Part shown: positions 26,038 through 38,277 of the stretch, piece by piece | How the letters are laid out: each line of letters starts with the position of its first letter | How positions within the stretch are numbered: the first letter of the stretch is position 1 | Assembly: GCF_022045235.1 (NCBI RefSeq) | Contig: NW_027266275.1 | Span: 73,966,001 to 74,030,000 of the forward strand | Direction: 5' to 3' | Length of the DNA: 64,000 nt | Origin: Haliotis cracherodii | Taxonomy: Eukaryota | Notes under the pieces: model-generated | Told to the model about the DNA's origin: nothing | What the model saw: only the letters and a program-made list of their open reading frames with translations | The model's database searches: none | Made by a program: the position numbers and the translations under genes

Positions 26038-26822
26038 TATACAGGGATGCGAGATGCTCATGGCTGAGAAACCAGGTTCCCCTTGGCCTATACAGGGATG
26101 TGACTCTCAGGGCAGAGGAACCAGGGTCTCCTTGGCCTTTACAGGGTTGTGACACTCAGGGCAGAGGAACCAGGTTCTCCTTGGACTTTACAGGGATGTG
26201 ACACTCAGGGCAGAGGAACCAGGGTCTCCCTGGACTTTACAGGGATGTGGGACTCAGGGCAGAGGAACCAGGTTTTCCTTGGCCTTTACAGGGTTGTGAC
26301 ACTCAGGGCAGAGGAACCAGGTTCTCCTTGGACTTTACAGGGTTGTGACACTCAGGGCAGAGGAACCAGGTTCTCCTTGGCCTTTACAGGGTTGTGACAC
26401 TCAGGGCAGAGGAACCAGGTTCTCCTTGGACTTTACAGGGTTGTGACACTCAGGGCAGAGGAACCAGGTTCTCCTTGGCCTTTACAGGGTTGTGACACTC
26501 AGGGCAGAGGAACCAGGGTCTCCTTGGATTATACAGTGATGTGACACTCAGGGCAGAGGAACCAGGGTCTCCTTGGACTTTAAACGGGTGGTGAGACTCG
26601 GGGCAGAGGAACCTGGTTCTTATATGGGGATGTGAGATGCCTAAGGCAGAGGAACCAGGTTCTCCTTGGCCTATACAGGGATGTGAGACTCAGGGCAGAG
26701 GAACCAGGTTCTCCTTGGCTTATACAGGGATGTGAAATGCTGAAGGCAAAGGAACCAGGTTCTCCTTGGATTATACAGGGATGTGACACTCTCAGGGCAG
26801 TGGAACCAGGTTCTCCTTGGCC
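26038..26822. repeat. 49-bp minisatellite containing the IFT56 exon-17b terminal codons and stop
   Basis: Minus-strand unit CCAAGGAGAACCTGGTTCCTCTGCCCTGAGTGTCACA(A/T)CCCTGTAAAG.; the first unit overlaps the CDS end. Confidence 0.92.
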
Positions 26823-26906
26823 CACTTCTTCATGGTCCTGATGATGTACTCCACCTGTGGGTTGCTGGTATTACGCAGCATGTTGATGACATCACGCAGC
26901 ATCTCC
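26792..26906 (-). CDS. IFT56: IFT56/TTC26 terminal exon 17b (distal alternative)
   Basis: tttTAG acceptor, phase matches exon 16; EMLRDVINMLRNTSNPQVEYIIRTMKKWAKENLVPLP*. Confidence 0.85.
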
Positions 26907-27287
26907 CTAAAACAGATCCCACATGACACAACATGACACAACACACAGTCAGCATGCAAACAGGACATGGACAAAGACTTGAAACAAATCAGAGGTTTGG
27001 TGGACAATCAGTTTCGATAGACAAAATAAGATGCATTGATTGAGACTTGTGTTGCTCCAATACAGCAGGAACCGGTACTACTCATGCTACACTCTACAAG
27101 TGTCCTGGAACTACTGCATCTAGCTGCTGAAGAAGCAGGTGATATTGTGATGGTGCCAAGGACGAAGCAAACAGTGCATGATGGGACATGTAATCAATGG
27201 TGAGTGAGGATGATAGAAATGTATTTACTAAGTGTGCCAGGGTACACACAGGGATGTTTAGTGTGCCCTTTGGAATAAAAACATGCC

Positions 27288-28272
27288 AAAAGAAATAATA
27301 CATAGTTTATCTTCAGACTCTGTGCACACTGTGACCCAAAAGAAGTGTACATTGTTCATCTTCAGATTTTGTGAATGCTGTGACCCAAAAGAAGTGTACA
27401 TTGTTTATCTTCAGGCTTTGTGAACACTGCGACCCAAAAGAAGTTGAGGTGAGGTGAAATGGAGCTTAACGCCGCGTCCAAGATTATTGCACTTATGTAG
27501 CGACGTGCATGCAAGTGTATCTGTGTGTGTGGCTGCTTGTACTAGTCTGGATTGATGCCGATTTATAGTGCTAGCTCACTGAGATACCATGCCACAGTTT
27601 AGCATTAATATCCCACTCAAACACAGTATACTGACTCCGAGCTAACCAGTCCTTGTTTTCTCCCCTTAATGCAGAGCGCCAGACAGGGTAACAACAAGTA
27701 CCATCTTTAAACGTCTCTTGGTATAACGCGGCCAGGGATCGAACCCCGGACCTTCCGCTCTCCGGACGCTCTACCACTAGACCATGGAGGCGCTCCACGC
27801 AAAAGAAGTAATACATAGTTTATCTTCAGACTCTGTTGTCACTGTGACCCAAAAGAAGTGTACATTGTTCATCTTGAGACTCTGTGGTCACTGTGACCTA
27901 AAAGAAGTGTACATAGTTTATCTTCAGACTTTGTGGACACTGTGACCCAAAAGAAGTGCACATTGTTTATCTTCAGACTTTGTGAACACTGTGACCCAAA
28001 AGAAGTGCACATTGTTTATCTTCAGACTTTGTGAACACTGTGACCCAAAAGAAGTGCACATTGTTTATCTTCAGACTTTGTGGTCACTGTGACCCAAAAG
28101 AAGTTTACATAGTTTATCTTCAGACTTTGTGAACACTGTGACCCAAAAGAAGTGCACATTGTTTATCTTCAGACTTTGTGAACACTGTGACCCAAAAGAA
28201 GTATACATAGTTTATCTTAAGACTTTGTGAACACAGTAATCCAAAACAAGAAATTCACAGTTTATCTTCAGA
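27288..28272. repeat. 49-bp minisatellite interrupted by a SINE
   Basis: Unit cattgtttatcttcagactttgtgaacactgtgacccaaaagaagtgca. Confidence 0.9.
27445..27799 (-). mobile_element. tRNA-headed MetaSINE-like element, family C
   Basis: Head gcctccatggtctagtgg...ggttcgatccc; core gactggttagctcggagtcag...agtgagctagcactataaa; flanking duplication caaaagaagt. Confidence 0.85.
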
Positions 28273-28442
28273 CATTGTGCCATTCATGGTTGTAATTGTG
28301 ACTTTAGCAGTAAAGTACAAGTAATTTTGAAGCCTGCCAGGTTGTTCAATGTTAGAAACAGTGATGAGGATGTTAGTTGGAGGCCAATGAACAGAAGGAA
28401 GTGAGTGAAGGGGTAGACAGTAGCCAACAAAGGCAGAGTCTG

Positions 28443-28554
28443 CTAGACATGAACTTTGTTGTCTCGGGCCCATTTTTTCATGGTCCTTGTGATGTATTCC
28501 ACTTGTGGATTGCTGGTGTTTCTCAGGAGGTGCAGAACTTCACGCAAGTTTTCC
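28443..28554 (-). CDS. IFT56: IFT56/TTC26 terminal exon 17a (proximal alternative)
   Basis: Polypyrimidine tract plus CAG acceptor, phase matches exon 16; ENLREVLHLLRNTSNPQVEYITRTMKKWARDNKVHV*; absent from the ORF track. Confidence 0.88.
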
Positions 28555-30590
28555 CTGGAGAGGCAAACAGGACAGCCAAGTTACTAGCAAGCCTGCGACC
28601 GTCATGCTGCGCGACCAACGCTGGAGGTGCAAGGATCCCTGCAGACTGACCTCAGCAAGTTACATCACTATTCCACCAATTTGAAGAGTTGAAGGATAAT
28701 TGTACACCAAGTCATCAGTAACTATCCTTGCACCTCCAGTGTAGGAGATCTATTGGGGGAGGTGTGGGAGGGGAGATTGTGCCTTACATTTAGGCAGAGG
28801 AAGAAAGTTAGAAGAGCATGATCAGTCATGTTTGTAATCATGGTTTTATAGGGTAGTCCAGAGGTCCTTGAGGTGATGAGCTCCATTGCTGAGTTCCATT
28901 TATTTCTAATTTTTACAGTGGCATTAGGACAAAGGCCCCATTGTGCCATTATTTTGAAAACTGCAAGGAATTAACAGAGATAGGCATTTGTGATGAAATA
29001 CCATCATAAGAATTTCATGAACATAATTCTAAATATGATGTATTAGCTGTATTGGAGCCATGGGAGACCAATAGTGGGGTATATAGCATCATGTTGTTTA
29101 ACTACACATTACTGGGCAGGGGAGGGGGAGGGAGAGTGGGGAGGGCGAGGGGAGAGAGAGGCTCTAGGGGAGTAGCTGTTAGTGAAAAGCAGGTATCAAG
29201 GGGAGGAGGCGAAGCAGTGGTTGTTAGTAGGGGTCAGTTGTCAATAAGGAGCTTATATAATTTATGATCCAAAACCAAAATAGACTGAACTACATACCTA
29301 CATGTACATGCATTTACTAAACCGGTAACGGTAGTGTTGGACTCAGACACACATGGTACAATATTTGGGAAAAGGGCTCAAAATGTCAAATCTCTCAGCA
29401 TTCTCTGCGTACAGTATCTGTCCACTGTGAGTGTCACCTTCCATGTCCCAACACTCCAGCTAGGTCCTACACAGGCTGAGAGTTATGGCCCTTATTACAC
29501 AAGGGTCAGCAGACACAGATGCTTGTGGCCAGTGATGGATCAACGTGTTAGTTAAATAACAAAACATGAATAAGAAGTACAACAGGTCAAATCTTTTTGT
29601 TTCTCTTTTTGGCTTCACTTGAAATACAATGTCCTCCATTATCCACCCATCATTACCCAATGTATTAAATCTCAGTTCTATTAAGATATATGCCCTGGAC
29701 ACATTTGCTACCATAACTTCGTTTCAGAAGCAAAACACAATCTTCATCTCTCATCATTAACTTGACACAGAATTTCTATTGCTCATGAGTGTAATCAGAT
29801 GTTAGTTCTGTTGTGTCATGCAAAGCGTAACATGAGCTGTCTTTACAAATCATCTTCCCGAAGCAAGGCTGAACTAGGCTGAACTGGGCTGGAATTATGG
29901 CGTTATACTCTGGCTGGACTAATGAGTCTATGCATAGTCCAATCAAAATTTTCTATTGCAGGATTTGAAAAACATGTGTACTGTCAACATGCTGTCAGCA
30001 GAAACTTTTGAAATCTTTTCATGTTTTTAATCAAGGTGGGTCACGTGATTTGATGCACTTCGAAAAGTAAGACCCGTTTCACTACAATATAGATCTTGAT
30101 TATCAATCAGATCGCCTTGACTAGGCGCTGCCATTTTGTTTGAAGCAAATGTAATTGATATGAGAGGTGGAATCTGATTGGTCAATAGGGACACAGAAAA
30201 GACATTCTTGTAATAGCCATTGGTGGCGCTACGATTAAGCCCAGAAATTCCAGCCTAGTTTGGTAAGGGTGGAAACTGGACCTTTTACAGTCAGTTAACT
30301 CCCTTGCCTTTTGAAGATGTTACAAATGGGCCCAGGGCATTTCCCAATAGAAAGGTGACATAATACACTGTAATCGAGGATGCCAGGCTACCTAACATGA
30401 CACTTTCTTGAGGGATGCCATTACACAATATCTGCATACCTGACATACCTTGCCCAATACTAAACGAGGTTATCTTGTGGCATCACAAGGGTCCTACTTC
30501 AATCCCTGGTTTCCTAGGTCCATGTGGTTCTATACAGGTTAGTCAGAGAGTACTGAGGTATTGACATGTGGTCATCATCTGTGAACTCAC

Positions 30591-30724
30591 CTCTGCTCAT
30601 GTCCGGCAATGATCATCTGGAACACGCCGACACAGGCGCCTCGCTTGCCCTCCCAGTACTCAGGGTTGGGGTCCAGGCGTTCCAGAACATCAAACGCTTT
30701 AGCTGCATAGTAGAACTGTCCCAT
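30591..30724 (-). CDS. IFT56: IFT56 exon 16
   Basis: [44 protein letters not shown](R); CAG acceptor, GTGAGT donor. Confidence 0.95.
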
Positions 30725-31350
30725 CTGGTGCAACACACAAGGACACATAGTAGTTAGCAGTTCTATATACTGGTAGTAGAACTGTCCCATCTGGTACAAC
30801 ACACAAGGACACATAGTAGTCAGCAGTTCTATATACTGGTAGTAGAACTGACCCATCTGGTGCAACACACAAGGACACATAGTACTTAGTAGTCAGCAGT
30901 TCTATATACTGGTAGTAGAACTGACCCATCTGGTGCAACACACAAGGACACATTGTAGTCAGCAGTTCTATATACTGGTAGTAGAACTGTCCCATCTGGT
31001 ACAACACACAAGGACACATAGTAGTCAGCAGTTCTATATACTGGTAGTAGAAATGACCCATCTGGTACAACACACAAGGACACATTGTAGTCAGCAGTTC
31101 TATATACTGGTAGTAGAACTGTCCCATCTGGTGCAACACACAAGGACACATAGTAGTCAGCAGTTCTATATACTGGTAGTAGAACTGACCAATCTGGTAC
31201 AACACACAAGGACACATAGTAGTCAGCAGTTCTATATACTGGTAGTAGAACTGACCAATCTGGTACAACACACAAGGACACATAGTAGTCAGCAGTTCTA
31301 TATACTGGTAGTAGAACTTTCCCATCTGGTGCAACACACAAGGACACATA
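30708..31350. repeat. 66-bp tandem array of the exon-16 acceptor plus its first ~6 codons
   Basis: CAG|AT junctions at 30724, 30790, 30856, 30929, 30995, 31061, 31127, 31193, 31259 and 31325. Confidence 0.95.
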
Positions 31351-31898
31351 GCACACAAGTGACATAGCAGTGAATGAGTGAGTGAGGTTTAATGCCGCTT
31401 TGAACAGTATTGTAGTTTAATTATCATAATTATGGCATGTCACCTTGATGTGGGAGGAAAGTCCGAACTGATGCAGGTCTTATCTATTACCACTTTGATA
31501 ACTAACAAGCAGGGGTATGGTACTGACAAACCAAGAATCAAAATCAGAGTCAATATGTATCTTAACCTATGATCCTAAGTTCCTGGCATGCCTTGGGGAC
31601 ACGACTCTGCACAAGAGAGGTGCCCGTGGAGACAGGCGAGAAAGAGGCATTGAGACAGAAGTGTACGATCCTCAGTCAGTGGTTCAACAAACTCCAAATC
31701 ACATCTACCAAAGTTGAGGCAAACATAATCATCAACATGATGAAGGGCACTGATGAAGAAGTCTCCTCAAGGCTGCCATACACACAATACACAAACTGTT
31801 AACCAATAACACATTGTAGTCAAACCAAATAAATTGGTGTCCTCTATCTTGATATTAGATACCCGACATCAAGCGTGAGTATGTCAGGTGCAACTTAC

Positions 31899-32005
31899 CT
31901 TGTAGCAGTCATTAGCAATGAGCTGCAGCAGGCTGAACGACTCCCCCGACGTCTCCATCTTCAAGTACAGCTCCCAGGCCAGCCTGGCCTTGTGGTTCAT
32001 AATAT
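31899..32005 (-). CDS. IFT56: IFT56 exon 15
   Basis: (Y)[35 protein letters not shown]; CAG / GTAAGT. Confidence 0.95.
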
Positions 32006-32084
32006 CTGGCAAATACATTGAGTGAGTGAGTTGGGTATGAACTGTTCTTTAGTCAAGGTCTGTGAGCTTAATGTGGGAGAAGGG

Positions 32085-32215
32085 GGCGAAGGGGTAGCGT
32101 AGTGGTAAAAGCAATCGCTTTCGGGTCCCCACACGAGTGCAATGTGTCTGGTGTTCCCACCATGATATTGCTTGAATATAATTGCTAAAAGTGTCGCAAA
32201 ACCATACTCACTCAC
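32085..32215 (+). mobile_element. Degenerate family B SINE
   Basis: ggggtagcgtagtggtaaaagc...gatattgcttgaat...aaaaccatactcactcac. Confidence 0.6.
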
Positions 32216-32569
32216 TGACGTGGGAAAGGTCATATGGATTCGGGATGTGGATGCTTAACACTGCGGTGAAATTGAGCATGGTCAGGTGCTGACAAACCTA
32301 GAATCCTTATCAGGGCAAATCTTGGTAGCTAGCCCATGGGAACAGGATTCTGGCATGCCAAAGGGAGGCAAATCTGCACAATGACTATTTCCTCCCATGG
32401 GTAACTGCCCCACCTGTGCTATCAAACATAGGATGGCAGAAACAGTAAAGAAGCCTGGGAAACATTTCAACATTTCTTCAGCTATCCAACATGAGCAGTG
32501 TAACCAAATTCACTGGTCATAAGACAATTGTCCAGATGAGTGATGGGGGTAGTGACAGTGATGACTTAC

Positions 32570-32639
32570 AACATCGGGCCAGCCAGCTGAGGTAGGTGTA
32601 GTCATTCTTCACCTTGTCGCTCTGTATCAGCATGAAGAT
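32570..32639 (-). CDS. IFT56: IFT56 exon 14
   Basis: IFMLIQSDKVKNDYTYLSWLARC; TTTCAG / GTAAGT. Confidence 0.93.
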
Positions 32640-33029
32640 CTGAAACACACAAGTATACTGAACAGCATTCACCTCCTACAGGAATCCTATCTCAAGTAGA
32701 GGTTGGTGCTCTACTGGATACCTTGCCATTTGACAACACAAGTCCCTCTGTGGGTCTACGATGTTTATTCTATGATATCACGCGGCTACACAATAACTAT
32801 GATCCAGTCTCCAGTAAGCATCTCCCTGTAGGTCGGCCAACCCCTCTCTCTGCTTTCCCAGGGTCAAGTCTGAGCAAATACAAAGCTTTGTCCATTTATC
32901 CCTAAGGGGTGAATCATGGTCAGACATGTCTTTCAGCCTGCTGTATCCAGCACCTCGTCCAGAATGTCACGCTTCAATGACTACACTGTGAATACCTAAA
33001 TCCCACCAACAATACTGGTCTCATACATA

Positions 33030-34192
33030 TAATCTGAAACACAGACATACATGACAGAATTCACCTGTCTCACACAGACACCATCTGAAACACAAACAGC
33101 ATTCACCTGTCTTACACATGCACCATCGGAGACACAAACAGCCTTCACCTGTCTCACACATACACCATCTGAAACACAAACAGCATTCACCTGTCTCACA
33201 CATGCACCATCTGAAACACAAACAGCATTCACCTGTCTCACACATGCACCATCTGAAACACAAACAGCATTCACCTGTCCCACACATGCACCATCTGAGA
33301 CACAGACAGCCTTCACCTGTCTCACACATGCACCATCTGAAACACAAACAGCATTCACCTGTCTCACACATGCACCATCTGAAACACAAACAGCATTCAC
33401 CTGTCTTACACATACACCATCTGAGACACAGACAGCATTCACCTGTCTCACACATGCACCATCTGAGACACAAACAGCATTCACCTGTCTCACACATGCA
33501 CCATCTGAGACACAAACAGCATTCACCTGTCTCACACTTGCACATCTGAGACACAGACAGCCTTCACCTGTCTCACACATGCACCATCTGAGACACAAAC
33601 AGCATTCACCTGTCTCACACTTGCACATCTGAGACACAGACAGCCTTCACCTGTCTCACACATGCACCATCTGAGACACAAACAGCATTCACCTGTCTCA
33701 CACTTGCACATCTGAGACACAGACAGCCTTCACCTGTCTCACACATGCACCATCTGAGACACAAACAGCATTCACCTGTCTCACACTTGCACATCTGAGA
33801 CACAGACAGCCTTCACCTGTCTCACACATGCACCATCTGAGACACAAACAGCATTCACCTGTCTCACACATGCACCATCTGCAACACAAACAGACACGTA
33901 GGCTTTCACCTGTCTCACACATACACCATCTGCAACACAAACAGACACGTAGGCATTCACCTGTATCACACATACACCATCTGCAACACAAACAGACACA
34001 TAGGCTTTCACCTGTCTCACACATACACCATCTGCAACTCAAACAGACACGTAGGCATTCACCTGTCTCACACATACACCATCTGCAACACAAACAGACA
34101 CGTAGCTTTCACCTGTCTCACACATACACCATCTGCAACACAAACAGACACGTAGGCATTCACCTGTCTCACACATGCACCATCTGAGACAC
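33030..34192. repeat. 41-48-bp minisatellite in IFT56 intron 13
   Basis: Unit acagcattcacctgtctcacacatgcaccatctgaaacacaa (42 bp); 83-bp dimer at 33532/33615/33698; longer variant units after ~33870. Confidence 0.93.
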
Positions 34193-34246
34193 ACATGGTA
34201 TTGGTATTGTCAATGTCAAGATGACCTGATACAAGACTCCACCCAC

Positions 34247-34330
34247 CTCCTCTGCCTCCTTGAAGTTCCCCACGGCTGCCTTGGCTTGAGCGTAGTTGAA
34301 GTTAAACATGTCGTCATTGTAGAAGTAGCT
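34247..34330 (-). CDS. IFT56: IFT56 exon 13
   Basis: SYFYNDDMFNFNYAQAKAAVGNFKEAEE; CAG / GTGGGT. Confidence 0.95.
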
Positions 34331-34532
34331 CTGTAACACAGAATGCTGTGTCAGCATATCTGATGCCGCCATGGAAAATGCTAGTCTACACAACCATTTA
34401 ACATTTTTTCTGGGTTTATATACATGGGAAATTTGAGATAAATTTAACCTGGTGATACACCTATTGAAGGACACTATGTGCCCATAGCATAGAATTCTCA
34501 ACACTTTACTGAAATACAGGTCGCCCACCCAC

Positions 34533-34621
34533 CTTAATGGAGTTGAGATAGATCAACACATCTTCAAACTGCTTGAGAAGGAAGAAGCACTCCGACATGC
34601 ATTGACGCCCGGGGATGGTAT
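34533..34621 (-). CDS. IFT56: IFT56 exon 12
   Basis: (D)[29 protein letters not shown]; CAG / GTGGGT. Confidence 0.95.
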
Positions 34622-35051
34622 CTGTGGCAGAGATATGTCCAACATTACATCTCCACACACATATAGTGTCACAAGACTTACGGTAAGGTATGACGTGATG
34701 TCTGATATCTTTGCATACTGTAAAAATTCACGTTAAACCATTCAAAGTTACAACAGTAATTGATTTGATAAGTAATGTGCTGTCAAACCGAGCAAAAACC
34801 ACCAGGCCACACTCTGAGATTCAAATCCAGGATTCTGGCATGTCTAAGGGACGCAACTCTGCACAGCAAATAATGGTGCCTCATAAGCCTTAGCTATCTG
34901 TACCCAATGTAAACAACATATATTCCAGACCTACTGGCAAAGTGTATTCAACATGCTTAGTTAAAAATAATAATAGCCATGCTGTAATAAGAGTTAAATG
35001 AAAATCAGTTTTAGGTGAGAATACATGACTACCTATGACCTATGTACATAC

Positions 35052-35115
35052 CACATTCACTGGCTGAGCCTCCCACCAGCTGAAAATACTGCTGTGCTAT
35101 TTTCAAGTGCTCTCT
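35052..35115 (-). CDS. IFT56: IFT56 exon 11
   Basis: REHLKIAQQYFQLVGGSASEC; CAG / GTATGT. Confidence 0.95.
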
Positions 35116-35652
35116 CTGTAAACAGAATACAGGGCTTACATGAGCATTCCAGCCACATGTCGCACAAGTTACATAATCATATTGAAAAAGAAATCAATAA
35201 ACATGATAAATGACATCAGTTGTACTTGGCTAGCCCACCAATTCTGTGTAATATCAACAAGAAACTAATGAATATTATCATCATGAACAAGGTTTAATGT
35301 CATTTGACACACAATCATCCAAGTCAATGAATCTGACGAGCCGTCACTGAATGTCCCATAAATCTTGCGTAGGTTCCTGGGGACCTTTCCTAACATTTAA
35401 ACCATAATGATGACGTCTCGTAATTATTTGTGCAGTTGATTCTGAGCCAGGAATTCACTGGCCATTCTGAACTTGCATCTTAAACAAGTAAAACTGATGC
35501 ATCTATAATGCAAACTTTTAGATGAATTATACATCAACCATAATATGGTTTAAGTCAGAGAAACCACTTGAATCTGTTGATTCCAAAGAAGAATCAACTC
35601 ATCAATCTGGGACTCGTTGATTCAAGGATGACAATAGACACGGAGTACATAC

Positions 35653-35762
35653 TGAGCCCTGCTCCTGTCCGAGAGCAGCATTCACGACTCCCTTGAGAAT
35701 GTACTCCTGGGGTGTGGTGGGTTCCAGGTCTCGGATCAGGTTGTACGCTTCAGCCACATCAT
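35653..35762 (-). CDS. IFT56: IFT56 exon 10
   Basis: (D)[36 protein letters not shown]; CAG / GTATGT. Confidence 0.95.
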
Positions 35763-36295
35763 CTGTAACACCAACACTCACTGCTAGATACAACACACCC
35801 AATGTAAGGTCTGGTATTTAACTTTTTCTGAGATCAAAGACCTGACTACCCCATCCATAAGTTACTAACTACTGCACCAAATTCATACCACACGACCACT
35901 ATTACTACTACAAATAATGGTAAGCAATGTTTTAAAGTATTGTAGCATTTCACTGTCGGGGTCGTGTGTGTTCAAGATGCAGAATATTTAAAGATTTTCT
36001 TTTTGTTCGAAAATGGATATAAAATTGAAACGTGCAGCGGACTTCATGATGATGCGGCAGTGCCTGAGAACCAAGAATATTTTGCATCCATTCTGTATAT
36101 TTGTGCATAGGATGCACATGTGTGCGTCGCATAAAACCCAGAGTCTATGACTCTTGGCTGCATCACTTCACATTGAGATTGACTGCAAATATGTCAATAA
36201 AGGACTCAAATACACGACAGAGCAAGATGCGCAGTGGATGCAAAATCAGCAGACATCGTAACAAGGAAACCCTGTGAACAGGAAGCAGCACCCAC

Positions 36296-36398
36296 CCTGC
36301 TTGAGGTAGTATATCACCAGATTGAGCCGAGCTTCAGGGATGACATCTATCAGTGGAGGTAACACCTGGAGAGCCCCCTCACCACCACGGAACACCAC
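36296..36398 (-). CDS. IFT56: IFT56 exon 9
   Basis: [34 protein letters not shown]; TAG / GTGGGT. Confidence 0.95.
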
Positions 36399-37329
36399 CT
36401 AGGATGAGAGACAGGAAAGTGTTGCTAAAAACCTAATCCATCCCGGATCTTCGCAGGTCGTGTGTAATGAGGCCCGGACTGACGTACACTGACTACAGAC
36501 TTACTGAACATACATAATGTGGTTTCTGATTCATTGATGAACCCATTAGTGTATAATGAGGTTTTAGCTCAACGTCAAACACTGGCTGAATGAATGTTGA
36601 CATTGCAATTACTGATTACCTATACCTGTATACTACCATGTAGTAACAATGAGGTCTTGGCTGAATGAAGATTGTGAAATACTACACTAAAATTCAGATA
36701 AACAGCCTGACCAGCAAATGTAATACAGTAAATTATGGTTATAATGAAATCTTAGGACCACTAATTTTAGTTTGTAATAACCGTAGTTCGTTATATCGGT
36801 CAGTTCCTTATAAGAGTGTTTGTTATAAATGTAGTTTACTGTATATTGGATGTCCAGGTAAAAAGTTTACACTCGGCTGCACAATAAAGTTAACCTGTTA
36901 ACTACAGATGACAATTATGTATATTCATGTTATTTTAATTCAGAACAAGCTTACATGAATGAAGTGCCATTAAGAACTTCTCCCTGACCTGAGCAAGTAT
37001 TATTTGTTGTTTTATTAACTAAATGAAATAAATAAAGACAATCAGCCAAGTCGTAGGACGTGTATATTTCAGTAGTTGACTATTGGAAACACAAACAGTC
37101 TGACTTAGATGGTCAGGCTGGTTGGTATCTTAAACATTGAATTTGTAACTTAATTATTAAACGAACCAATGTTGTATGATGAGATCTCTGGTGAAATACT
37201 GGATGACTGAACAAAGATACTGCAATAACTATTGAACCAATATGTACAATGGTGTCCTCTGGCACAGGCTAAAAACCCTGGTGATGAATGTAGAATACAT
37301 GTATGGAATAACTTGCTGTACCCACATAC

Positions 37330-37404
37330 CAGATTATGCTTGATGAGGTCCCGGGCGAAGGTGAAGGACGGTGACGACATCTCTTGCAGAGCCTTTAGTT
37401 CCGC
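37330..37404 (-). CDS. IFT56: IFT56 exon 8
   Basis: AELKALQEMSSPSFTFARDLIKHNL; CAG / GTATGT. Confidence 0.95.
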
Positions 37405-37528
37405 CTGAATATGAAGCAATTACTATTACCATGACGACAGCCACTGAAGGAACACTATCTACAGGAGGTACATAAACACTAGATCACATCTGTAGGTGGT
37501 ATTCATGGCTATATATTAGTGACCAGTA

Positions 37529-37872
37529 AGTGAGGTGAAATGGGGTTTAACGTCACGTCCAAGATTATTGCACTTATATAGCGACGTGCATGCACGTGTG
37601 TGTGTAGCTGCTTGTACTAGTCAGGACTGATGCTGATTTATAGTGCTAGCACACTGAGATATCATGCCGCAGTTTAACATGAATACCCCACTCAGACACA
37701 GTAAATTGACTCCGAGCCGACCATTCCATGTTTTAGCCCCTTAATACCGAGCACTAGACAGGGTAACAAGTACCATCTTTTAACGTCTTTTGGTATGACG
37801 CGGCTGGGGATCGAACCCCAAACCTTCCGCTCTCCGGGCAGGCGATCTACCACTAGACCATGGAGGCAGTTA
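37529..37872 (-). mobile_element. MetaSINE-like element, family C
   Basis: 11-bp TSD agtgaccagta at 37518-37528 and 37873-37883; homologous to 27445-27799. Confidence 0.88.
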
Positions 37873-37934
37873 AGTGACCAGTAGATGCCTGACAGCTAAA
37901 GCAGGGCAGTACAAAGCTAGGATATCCATCTGTG

Positions 37935-38080
37935 GTTTGTTTGTTGTTCAAAGCTGCACTAAGCAATACTTCAGGTGTATCATAACGCCTGTTAGTAATC
38001 GAGTCAGGACCAGACAATACAGTGATTGATATTATGAACAACGTCTAACGCAATCAACCAAGTCTAACCACCCGATCCAT
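37935..38080 (-). mobile_element. Degenerate family A fragment
   Basis: gtttgtttgttg..agcaatac..taatcgagtc.ggaccagacaat..agtgattga..ccacccgatcc. Confidence 0.6.
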
Positions 38081-38277
38081 TCTCACTTGTCGGTTGCTGG
38101 GGACCCCATAGGGACACTGCTATAGTGGTTACAGTCAATAAGATTGTGGGAACTTTATCAATAATATCATACAGATACTACAACCAGTATCAAATGTCCC
38201 ACCAGCGTTATACAAACACTGGTCCTACAGTCCATTGCTAGTAATGACTTGTTGATTGCCAGTGATGACCTACTGAC

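Noticed and set aside
31745-31780. Second hammerhead (ctgatga)
   Set aside because: No stem II or GAAA follows the motif.
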